From Nostoc sp. DedSLP01 (GTDB lineage: Bacteria; Cyanobacteriota; Cyanobacteriia; Cyanobacteriales; Nostocaceae), in assembly GCA_034530875.2 (NCBI GenBank), contig JAVRCJ020000033.1, forward strand, positions 11,749-75,748: a stretch of 64,000 nucleotides of DNA, written 5' to 3'. Within the stretch, counting starts at the first letter, position 1. The number at the start of each line of letters is the position of its first letter. Under the pieces are notes generated by a model that saw nothing but the letters and a program-made list of their open reading frames with translations, made no database searches and had not been told where the DNA came from. Of this stretch, positions 1 through 9,000 are shown in pieces. A program made the translations under genes and the position numbers.

Positions 1-2237
1 ATTCGCTCTAGTTCTATGGATAAAGGAGTTTGTTCTCGAACAGCTTGTAATGTGGGAGTAGTTAAAGTATTGGGATTTATGGCAATCTCTGATAATCGGG
101 CAGTATGTAGCTGTTGAATTTGGCCGTGAATTGCTTCGAGATAGCTATCTAGCGGTGGTAAATGTTGGGGTGGTTGTCGTTGTTGAAGTGCGTCCGCTAA
201 GTTTTCCAAAACTTGAATTATGCTATCAGTGAGTCGATTGAGTTCAGAAAATTGGTACTCGCCGCTAAATTCCCGGATATGTTCTGCCAGAGTTGTCACC
301 GAACTAAAAAAGCCACGAATGTATACCATCAACGTCATTACAGGCTCGATTTCTCCTTGAATGTGACGAGGTTCGCTAAACAATCTTTGAGCTGCGGCGG
401 TGGCGTTGGCGTTTTCTAGCCCAGCTTGATGGCGTAGCATATTAATAGAATTGGTAGATGCACCGCTTTGTGGATGCAAATAATTAGCTATTACCTGCTG
501 AAAGTAAGCGAGATTTGCTCGAATTGTCTTTTCTAGTTGTGTTGGAAGTTGCTGTCGTTCCCAACGAGGAAAAAGCAAGTAACTGCCAAGCAGTGCTAAG
601 GCACCTCCAACCAAACTATCAACTATACGCAATATTCCAATTTTCCAGTCAGCTGCACTAATGAGATTGAGTAGTAAGATGATGGCGGGAGTGAGGAGTA
701 TGATGAATATGCTGTAACTCAACGATCGCACTGACATTGCAGTAAACACCAGCAGCAAAAAACAAATAGCGATCGCTATTTGATTCTTAAGTAATAAAAT
801 TACAATTATGCCAATAATTCCACCCAAAATAGTACCGATGACTCTTTGCACTGTTGTCTCGGAAGTTCCGCCAAAGTTGGGTTTTAGCGCAACTAAAGCT
901 GTTAGAGTTATCCAATAACCTCTAGGTAATTGCAATACCGAGGCTAGCAATTCAGCAAGCGTTGTTATCAGTGCTAAACGCAACGCATGACGAAATAGGA
1001 CTGAATCAAAAGTAAAATTATTTCGCAGCGTATCAATAATTGTCGAATTCTGCGATGGAGTTGGAGGAGAAATATTTTGCTTGCTAAGATGGTATTGCTT
1101 TCCCTGTTTGAAATCTATAAAAATCTCTGCATCAATATGAATTTGCTGCGCGAGGTTTGTCAGGCTGGCTGTAATCTTTTTCAGATTAAGTAATTGAGCA
1201 TATTCATCTGTGTGAAGGTTGATATTTTGATTGAGAATTTCAGCGCGGGTAACTTCCCATTGGTGTTGTAGTGCTTCAATTGTTCGATCTAAATCTCCCA
1301 AACGAACTAAGTTTTTTTCTTTGGCAATTGCTTGCGATAATATTTGGACAACAATTGCCAACTGTTCTATTGCTTGTTCGATTTCTCTTTGTAACCGAGA
1401 ATATAGTTGGTCTGTAGATGCGATCGCCAACAATTCAGTTAATGCCACAACAGAATTGAGAATTTGATTTACATCCTCAATTAACACGAGTAAATAATTT
1501 CCCCGCAGGCTAGCTCCTCTTTGCCTAGTCCAAATAGCTGTCCAGACACTACGGGCGAATGTCAAATCTTGAATAATAATATCCTGAGCTTGTACAAATC
1601 GCTGCGTCCACTCTTGAATATCCTGTGGATTTAATGCCCTTTCCCTTGCTAAATCTACAAATTTGCTCAACGAATCATAACATTTAGCAACTGCTTGCTT
1701 TGCAGGTGCATCAGGACGCACCACCCACACTACTGATAATAAGACAGTTGTCCATATTCCACCAGCCAAACAGAGCGCACAGTGTTGGATAAGAGTGGGT
1801 AAATTGGAGAAAGAAGCAAATTTAGCAAGGGCGATGACAAACATAATTGAAGTGACTAAGCTGACAGATGCAGCCACGTTGCCATAAAGACTTGCCAAGC
1901 CAGCGATAAATATTACCAAGAACGTCGCCGGGATAGCTAACCAGAGATTACCGCTAACCAGACTCGCAATAAAAAACACCGCAGTTATACTCATGGTTGC
2001 TGCTGTCATTGCGATCGCTTTTTGGCGGTAGGTTCCCTCAACATTTACCATACCAACAAACCAAGCAGCCATAGTGGCGATCGCACTTGTCGCAGCATTA
2101 CCAGTCATAATTCCGACTCCAATGGGTACGCCCAGTATCAAAAGGCTACGTAATCCAGAGAAAATGTCAGGCTTACCTGGCTTGAGTTGAAATTGCTGCA
2201 ACAACCAACCCAGACGACGTTTATCTGTAAATGACAT
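1..2237 (-). CDS. FUSC/YccS-YhfK family membrane transporter, 3' end runs off the window
   Basis: Not in the ORF track. ATG at 2237 translates as MSFTDKRRLGWLLQQFQLKPGKPDIFSGLRSLL..., followed by many TM segments. The second half has FUSC motifs (FRHALRLAL, PRGYWITLTALVALKPNFG, QRVIGTILGG, RIVDSLVGG). The same frame is still open at position 1. Confidence 0.85.
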   Translation of the reverse strand, partial: MSFTDKRRLGWLLQQFQLKPGKPDIFSGLRSLLILGVPIGVGIMTGNAATSAIATMAAWFVGMVNVEGTYRQKAIAMTAATMSITAVFFIASLVSGNLWLAIPATFLVIFIAGLASLYGNVAASVSLVTSIMFVIALAKFASFSNLPTLIQHCALCLAGGIWTTVLLSVVWVVRPDAPAKQAVAKCYDSLSKFVDLARERALNPQDIQEWTQRFVQAQDIIIQDLTFARSVWTAIWTRQRGASLRGNYLLVLIEDVNQILNSVVALTELLAIASTDQLYSRLQREIEQAIEQLAIVVQILSQAIAKEKNLVRLGDLDRTIEALQHQWEVTRAEILNQNINLHTDEYAQLLNLKKITASLTNLAQQIHIDAEIFIDFKQGKQYHLSKQNISPPTPSQNSTIIDTLRNNFTFDSVLFRHALRLALITTLAELLASVLQLPRGYWITLTALVALKPNFGGTSETTVQRVIGTILGGIIGIIVILLLKNQIAIAICFLLLVFTAMSVRSLSYSIFIILLTPAIILLLNLISAADWKIGILRIVDSLVGGALALLGSYLLFPRWERQQLPTQLEKTIRANLAYFQQVIANYLHPQSGASTNSINMLRHQAGLENANATAAAQRLFSEPRHIQGEIEPVMTLMVYIRGFFSSVTTLAEHIREFSGEYQFSELNRLTDSIIQVLENLADALQQRQPPQHLPPLDSYLEAIHGQIQQLHTARLSEIAINPNTLTTPTLQAVREQTPLSIELER

Positions 2238-2364
2238 TATTTAAGCTAGCGACTATAACAAAGCAGATCGCCTCTTACAGCATTCATTTTACCTAAATCT
2301 CATAACGTATTTTGGCAATTAGCCCTGAAAATCATTTTGGTTAAAAAATTTGAGTTTTTCTAAA

Positions 2365-2487
2365 AGCGATTAGAAATCGCGGCTACACAGGCAAAACCTT
2401 GATTCTTCATTAGTTCGCACAGGCGGACGAAAGCCTGTGTAGTAGCGAATTATATATTCGTCCAAAACTTATCAAACAACCTTTTAG
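2365..2487. repeat. Degenerate palindromic dispersed repeat (REP/MITE-like)
   Basis: Inverted arms CTACACAGGC...GCCTGTGTAG plus short hairpins (GCGATT-AGA-AATCGC, CGAAT-TATAT-ATTCG). Confidence 0.5.
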
Positions 2488-2491
2488 GTTA

Positions 2492-2618
2492 TATAGGACT
2501 CATATTTGATTTTGTGAAAAAAATCAGTACACCCAAACAAGGCTTATTTCCTACTCCCTACTCCCCATTCCCTACTCCCTGTCTACACAAATAATTTCAT
2601 GAATCAAGTCAGATTCTA
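2492..2618. mobile_element. MITE-like element, copy 1 (TATAGGA.TC..ATTTGATT ends, internal STRR)
   Basis: Nearly identical to 38145-38274, with imperfect terminal inverted repeats. Confidence 0.75.
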
Positions 2619-2812
2619 ATAACTGGTGATTGTAGCCCTGATGGTAGCTTTGCAGCGATCGCACTTTGAAGCGGTGGTACTAGAATCAAAGCAGCGATCG
2701 TAATTATTATCGCCGGCAGAATTTGATCGCTCAGTAACATACTCAGACACATCAAAGCAGCAAATCCTATCAGCGCCCATTGAACCAGTGTTAGAACTAA
2801 TTTCATCAGCAT
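2609..2812 (-). pseudogene. Short hydrophobic membrane-protein ORF, probably truncated at the MITE
   Basis: Two TM-like segments; the stop codon lies inside the MITE terminal repeat. Confidence 0.4.
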
Positions 2813-3033
2813 AATTAAAGCAAAATTTCAGCTTGGGTGGACATCAAACCCTGTTTACATACGAAAATGTACGCTTGAGGATTTTTGTTATGAAATCGTG
2901 TAATTTACAGTATTTAGCTGAGTAATTATACTTATATTTTCAGTCCAGGGTGTTGTTTTCAGTTTTCCCCGAGCATTGGTTTTTCTAACAATTTGATAGA
3001 TTTAAGGATACCTGCATACATACTCAAAACATT

Positions 3034-3411
3034 ATGGAAAAATGGTTCCGGTATTTATTAATATCGACTGCAATCTTTAATTTCTTTGGAGCAGTAATAT
3101 TTGCGTTACCTATATTTGGTCAACAAGAACTCTCTGGACTACCTGAAAATTCTCATCCCTTTTATCTGTGGGTCATATCATCTTGGATTTTTTTACTTGG
3201 CGTGGGGTACTTGTGGCTGGCTTTTTCTCCCAAGCCTGAGCGATTGTTCGTTGCAGTCGCCGCCGGAATGAAATTAACCATTGCCCTTTTATTTTTCGCT
3301 TTCTGGATGCTTGGCGAACTCAAATCGAATTTTATATTGGCTGGGTGCGGTGATTTATTTTTTGGGATCGGTTTTATATACTGGCTATTTAAAACAGTCA
3401 ATCATTCTTAA
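3034..3411 (+). CDS. Hypothetical 4-TM membrane protein
   Basis: 125 aa ORF with ATG start and four hydrophobic helices. Confidence 0.7.
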   Translation: MEKWFRYLLISTAIFNFFGAVIFALPIFGQQELSGLPENSHPFYLWVISSWIFLLGVGYLWLAFSPKPERLFVAVAAGMKLTIALLFFAFWMLGELKSNFILAGCGDLFFGIGFIYWLFKTVNHS

Positions 3412-3500
3412 GATAGTGTTTTTATCTTGAACTTTCAGAAACTATTTATAGGGGTTTGTTAATTACATGAGTACATAAATTGTTAGGCGTGCATAGCTAT

Positions 3501-3691
3501 CATGAAGTCAACTTAATATGAAAGCGAAATATGATAAGCATTTCAAAATTTTTCGATATATTATCTAGATTTTCGATCCCCCCTAACTCCCTTAAAAAGG
3601 GGGGAATTACAATCTTTTGCCCCCTTTTTAAGGGGTTGGGGGATCTAAAACCACGGTATATTGAGTGTTTGAGCTTAAGTTGACACGAATG
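3501..3691. mobile_element. MITE with 9-bp target-site duplication
   Basis: TIRs CATGAAGTCAACTTAA / TTAAGTTGACACGAATG. Direct repeat CATAGCTAT at 3492-3500 and 3692-3700. Internal C/G-run hairpin doublet. Confidence 0.8.
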
Positions 3692-3870
3692 CATAGCTAT
3701 GCACTTCTACTTGATAGTTCGCAAAAGCGAAAAATTGTATTTTAAGTAATTACTAAAAACTCGATTATGTGTGAATATAAGCACTTGATTGTGGCATTAT
3801 AATGATGTAGTTGAAGTTTTTCTATTTTTATTTTTATATTAGTAGCAAAAGGATTTATCGGAGTAAATTT

Positions 3871-4110
3871 ATGAAATCATTGGCACAAGAATTACCATCG
3901 CAAAGAACAATTCAAGAAACTCCACCACCTGGGAAAATTCAAGACCCGCTGATTGCACGGAGCTTACAAAAAGAGCAGTATATTGGTATTATCGGGATAG
4001 CGATCGCCCTGGTTGCCGCTGTAGGTTTTTTTAGCCGCAGAATTGAATACGCGATTGTCTTTGCGATTTTTCTGAGTGCGATTCTGATTGGTTTCTTTTT
4101 ATTCGTATAA
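3871..4110 (+). CDS. Small 2-TM hypothetical protein
   Basis: ATG at 3871 preceded by GGAG; C-terminal hairpin of two TM helices. Confidence 0.6.
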   Translation: MKSLAQELPSQRTIQETPPPGKIQDPLIARSLQKEQYIGIIGIAIALVAAVGFFSRRIEYAIVFAIFLSAILIGFFLFV

Positions 4111-4282
4111 AAAATTAATTATTTATTATTGAGTATAGGTTATTGTCCTCTGCAACTTTTTAGATCGGGGGTTAGAAATATAAAACCTGCCCTTTGAAGT
4201 TGCAGACAAACCCTAGTGCTTAATTTGTAAATTCACTTTTTCAATATAACCTTATGATATCAGTAAGTAATTGCCAGTATAA

Positions 4283-4885
4283 ATGAATAAAGCCATCCGT
4301 TCATCAGCCCTGACTCGTACACGTTTGATCGAAGCCGCCACACAGGTTTTTGCCAATTTAGGGGTTCAAGGAGCAACTACCCGTGAAATAGCTCGTGTTG
4401 CTGGCGTGAATGAAGTGACTTTATTTCGCCACTTTACTAGCAAAGAACAACTTTTGGGAGCAGTAATTGAAAATGCTTTTGTACTCCAGACAGAAGCTCT
4501 TGCACACCCACAAGCGTGGACGCAAGATTTAAAAATTGATTTAAAACGGTATGCCCAGCTTTACAATACAATGTTAGAGACGTATGAAGACTTAATTCGT
4601 ACCTTCATTGGAGAAGCCAAGCGTCATCCTGAAGCTGCTAGACAAGTAATTCAAGAAGCTGCTAAGCCTTTAAGACAAAAATTAGTAGCTTATTTGGAAT
4701 CTAGGCAAAAACGAGGTATCGTTAGAGCAGACTTAGAGGCATTTCCAGCAGTCGATATGTTTACAGGAATGCTATTAGCTGGAATGCTATGCCGTACTGC
4801 AAAATTCAATCAAGGCGACTATAGTCGTGAAGATTATATTGAAACCTGTGTTGATATTTTTGTGCGTGGTATCAGCATTAGTTAG
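4283..4885 (+). CDS. TetR/AcrR family transcriptional regulator
   Basis: N-terminal HTH GATTREIARVAGVNEVTLFRHFTSKEQL. Confidence 0.95.
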   Translation: MNKAIRSSALTRTRLIEAATQVFANLGVQGATTREIARVAGVNEVTLFRHFTSKEQLLGAVIENAFVLQTEALAHPQAWTQDLKIDLKRYAQLYNTMLETYEDLIRTFIGEAKRHPEAARQVIQEAAKPLRQKLVAYLESRQKRGIVRADLEAFPAVDMFTGMLLAGMLCRTAKFNQGDYSREDYIETCVDIFVRGISIS

Positions 4886-4890
4886 TGTAA

Positions 4891-5016
4891 GAATTCAGCA
4901 CTCAGGAGTCAGAAGTCAGAATTGAAAAGCAATAAGTGTATAATTCGTCTATTGATTGAGAAGACTTTGACTAAAGTTTCTAACATTCTGACTTCTGGAT
5001 TCTAACTCCTGAATTC
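4891..5016. repeat. Inverted heptamer-repeat arms (CAGAATT/TTCTGAC type)
   Basis: GAATTCAG..CAGGAGTCAGAAGTCAGAAT ... ATTCTGACTTCTGGATTCTAACTCCTGAATTC; same family as 29362-29599. Confidence 0.6.
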
Positions 5017-5095
5017 TTATTAATTAGCTAATCATCTCTTGATTTAGCAATGCCAAAGGCTCTAAGCTATGCACAGTTTCGGATAATAATTAAGG

Positions 5096-6031
5096 GTGTA
5101 TATTATTTTTAATAATTTAATTATGTCGCTCGCGCCTTGGATGGGTGAGATAGCGGCTTTATCTGCTGCTTGTTTATGGTCTGTAGCATCGGTAATTTAT
5201 GGCTTTTTAGGGCAACAGATTCCGCCACGCCAATTGAATTTAATTAAAGGTGTAATTGCGATCGCCCTGCTGATAATAACTATATTAATCAAAGGCGAAT
5301 TTTCCCCAAATCTTACACCTTTGCCTGTATTTCTACTTTTTATTAGCGGTGCGATAGGCATTGGCTTGGGGGATACAGCCTTTTTAGCGGCGATAAATCA
5401 TCTGGGAGCGCGTCGAGTTTTATTAATAGAAACCCTAGCTCCACCAATGACAGCGATCGCAGCTACAATTGTTTTGCAAGAAAGACTTAATATCAGTGCT
5501 TGGTGCGGAATTTTATTAACAATTTTGGGCGTTGCTTGGGTAGTAACAGAACGAGTTCCCGGTACAGATGATGGTAATTCAACGCATATATGGCAAGGAA
5601 TCGGCTTTAGTTTATTAGCAGCAATGGCTAATGCTGCTGCCACAGTGATTTCTCGTTTAGCCTTTGCAATTGCTCCGATTACACCATTGTGGGCTGCTTT
5701 ATTTCGATTGAGTGCAGCCGCATTCATTCTTTTAATCTGGGCGTGGTTTCCTAAACGCCAGCAAACTACCTTTACCTATCCCTACTGGCAATCTAGGCGA
5801 ATAATTTTAGCCAGTATTTTTGCTTCCTTCTGTGGAACCTACTTAGGAATTTGGTTGCAACAGACAGCCATAAAACTCACAGCAGCGGGAATTGCCTCAA
5901 CATTATTGCAAACTAGCCCGTTATTTGTTATACCCATCGCTATCCTTATGGGCGAGAAAGTGAGTTGGAGAGCGATCGCTGGTGTGATAATTGCGATCGT
6001 AGGAATCGGATTATTGTTTTACTTGAAATAA
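5096..6031 (+). CDS. DMT/EamA family transporter
   Basis: About 10 TM helices in two EamA repeats; true start may be ATG 5123. Confidence 0.9.
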   Translation: MYIIFNNLIMSLAPWMGEIAALSAACLWSVASVIYGFLGQQIPPRQLNLIKGVIAIALLIITILIKGEFSPNLTPLPVFLLFISGAIGIGLGDTAFLAAINHLGARRVLLIETLAPPMTAIAATIVLQERLNISAWCGILLTILGVAWVVTERVPGTDDGNSTHIWQGIGFSLLAAMANAAATVISRLAFAIAPITPLWAALFRLSAAAFILLIWAWFPKRQQTTFTYPYWQSRRIILASIFASFCGTYLGIWLQQTAIKLTAAGIASTLLQTSPLFVIPIAILMGEKVSWRAIAGVIIAIVGIGLLFYLK

Positions 6032-6033
6032 AT

Positions 6034-6060
6034 GTAGAGACGTTGCACTGCAACGTCTCC
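6034..6060. repeat. GTAG-type REP palindrome, possible bidirectional terminator
   Basis: GTAGAGACGTTGCA-C-TGCAACGTCTC between convergent genes. Confidence 0.7.
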
Positions 6061-6079
6061 CTCCCTCTAGGTAAACCAA

Positions 6080-9000
6080 TTAAACAACACTATCTGAGAA
6101 AACAAAATCATTGGCTGTCAGGCTATTTGAGTTAATTCCAACTAATAAAACTAACTCTGCATTTCCTGCTTTCACCAAAGTATTATTCCCCTGTTGCAAT
6201 AGCGTTAAACCACTAAATTGAGTTACCTCAATACCACCAAGCCCAATCTTATCGATACCGATTGTAAAATCGCTGATGATATTCTTGCTAATTGGCAAAC
6301 TAGCATTAGCAATCCAAAATTGGTCAATACCGCTACCACCATTCAAGCGGTTACCACCTTGTTGGCCAGCAAATAGCGCGTCATCTCCATTGCCGCCAAA
6401 CAACCACTCATTAACATTTGAGAACAGAATATCATCGCCAGAACCGCCAGATAAACGATTATTGCTGCCGTTACTAGTGAGCCTATCATTGCCATCTCCA
6501 CCAAATAATAATTGGCTAGAAGCTTCAATGACTTTGAGAGTATCATCACCAGCGCCTCCAAATAATTTATTAACGCCACTGGCTTCCACCACAGTAATTA
6601 CATCATCGCCATTACCACCATCAGCAATGGTGTATTCAGCCGGACTGTTTTGACCAATAAATATCTTGTCGTTACCTTCTCCCCCGGATACCGAAGAATT
6701 ACTACCTACCAGTACAGTGTCATCACCATTTCCAGCTTTGATTGTGTTGCCTTCAGTACCTTCTACAAAGTCTGCACCATCACGGGCAAAAAATTTTTCT
6801 CCTGCCTCAAGTGTGACATTATCGCTGTTATTAGAACCAAATTTGTCCGGTAAATTAGGCTTTATATTTGTTAGGTTCTTGGGTAGTTCGAGAATACCTA
6901 ATCTTTCGGCAGGAGTGTTACCTGTAACGTTGAAATCATTATCATTAATCAAAGCTAAAGTGTTGGGTGCTACCAGCGCCAAACCTTCTAATTTTTCAAC
7001 TCCGATGTAACCCAACTGAGCAGCATTAGCAATCAAACTTTTGGTTACAGGGGTAATATTAGCCGCAGCTAATTCCTCAGCGGTTAATTGCTCAATTGTT
7101 TTACCAGTTGGCAAAGTAAATTTAGCAGGGTTGTTAATATTAGTTGCCCCAGCTAAATCAATTTGATAAATTAATTTATTGCCAACAGATGTACCATTAT
7201 CATCGCGTTCGACTACCGCAAATTTGCCATTACCCAAGGAAACTGCATCGCCAATTTTATCAGTTCCCGGTAAACCTTCTAAACGATATAAATATTCTCC
7301 TGTGACCTGCTTAGTGAAAATATTAAACTCTAAAATTCGCAGATTCAAAGAAGCTTTAGAAGTCGCATCGTTAGCAACATCTGGATTATCAATTGGACTT
7401 TGAATAAAGGCATATAATTTATTACCTTCCAAAGCCACAGCTTCAAATCCGCGATTATTGCGGCGTTGGGCATAAACTGCTGGCAATACCTCAATACCAA
7501 AAGTTCCGGCTGGCTGGTCTGGGTTGGGTGCAGTGGCAGTTCCTTGAGGAATAAATCGCTCAATCAGTTTACCATTACTATCAAAATGGTAAATCGCAGG
7601 ACGATATTCATCCACCATCCAATAATCACCATTTTTGGCAATGACAATTCCTTCTAAATCAGCACCCAAAGGATCGTTAGCTAAAACATTGTTGTTTAAA
7701 TCAACAGCAATTTCATCTGTATAAGCTAAACCGTTTCCTACACCTTGCAGATTAGGTAATCCCGTTAATGGCGTCGTTCCATCTTGGCACAATAATTTTG
7801 TTCTCTTGGTGATGATAATTTCACCTGTGGTACGGTTGAGTTCAAAGCTAACTATTTCTGGCTGAAAGTCGGGTAAGAAAAATGGTCTGTTTGAACCATT
7901 AGCTTCTCCATTGGGGCCGCGGTCTGTATGGGTGATAAATTTTAGGTTGCCATTTGCAGCAATTCCTTGAAAATACAACCCAGAAAAACCACCCAAGAAA
8001 ATATCTTGATTTTGAGAAGTGGTACCTAACTTGGGTAAATTTGCAAAATCATAGATAGTCAGCTTGGGTTGGGCAACAGGATTCCGAGGATTGTAACTAG
8101 TGGTATCAATCTTTAAAGGATTGCCAAAGGCATTAGCAATATTTTCCCACGGTACGAGTTTGAAGTTAGAACTGATATTTTCTTGTTCGCCTTCATCGTT
8201 GACTATTTTGCCTGGTTCATTGGAGCCATCTTGCGTTACGAATAAACCAAATGGGAAGTTAGGCCCTAACGGTACGTTAATGACATCTGCACCGTCTGAC
8301 TCTTGTACGCTGTCAATTGTCCCATTGTTACCAACGGCGAAGTTACCTATATATTCGTTGTTACCTTCACGGGTATAGGCAACAAAGGTGTTATCGCCTT
8401 GGCTGGATGCTAGTAAGTAGCCTGTGCCATTTTTGCCGTAATAAATGGTCAATCCTTCTACATCGTTGGTGAGGTGACTACCGCCCAAATCTCTAACTTT
8501 ATCAATTAGCTTGCCAGTGGTGTCGCCGTTTGGTTCTGCTTGAAACTTCCAAATTCCTACATCTTCTTGACCGATGTAAAGGAAACCAGTTTGCTGGTCT
8601 ACCACCATGCCCTCAGTTTGAGGTTCGCGTTCCTCAACTGTCGGTACAGTAAATTCTCGTACTCGTTCGATGCCAATTTTACCGTTACCCTTATCAACGA
8701 GTTTATACTGAGCCACATCTCCAGTTTCCCGGCGATTGACAAAGACGTAGTAATCATTGGTAATTGGACTGCGGTACAACGCCAGCCCGTAAGCACTACG
8801 AGAAGATGAAGAATAAGGTGCTGCAAAAGGTAGCCCTTGGAAAAGAGTGCCAATGCTGCTATCGGTAATGTCTTCTAGATATTGTCCTGGAGTGGTGGGG
8901 TTGGGGTTAATTTTGAAGATTGCTAGTTTATCATTTTGGCGATCGCTAGCTACCGCAATATCTATCGATTGATTGCCTAATTTAAAACCGTATTGTAAAT

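Noticed and set aside
213..1467. ORFs 213-419 and 1231-1467 in the track
   Set aside because: They are antisense shadows of the FUSC gene (1-2237, minus strand).
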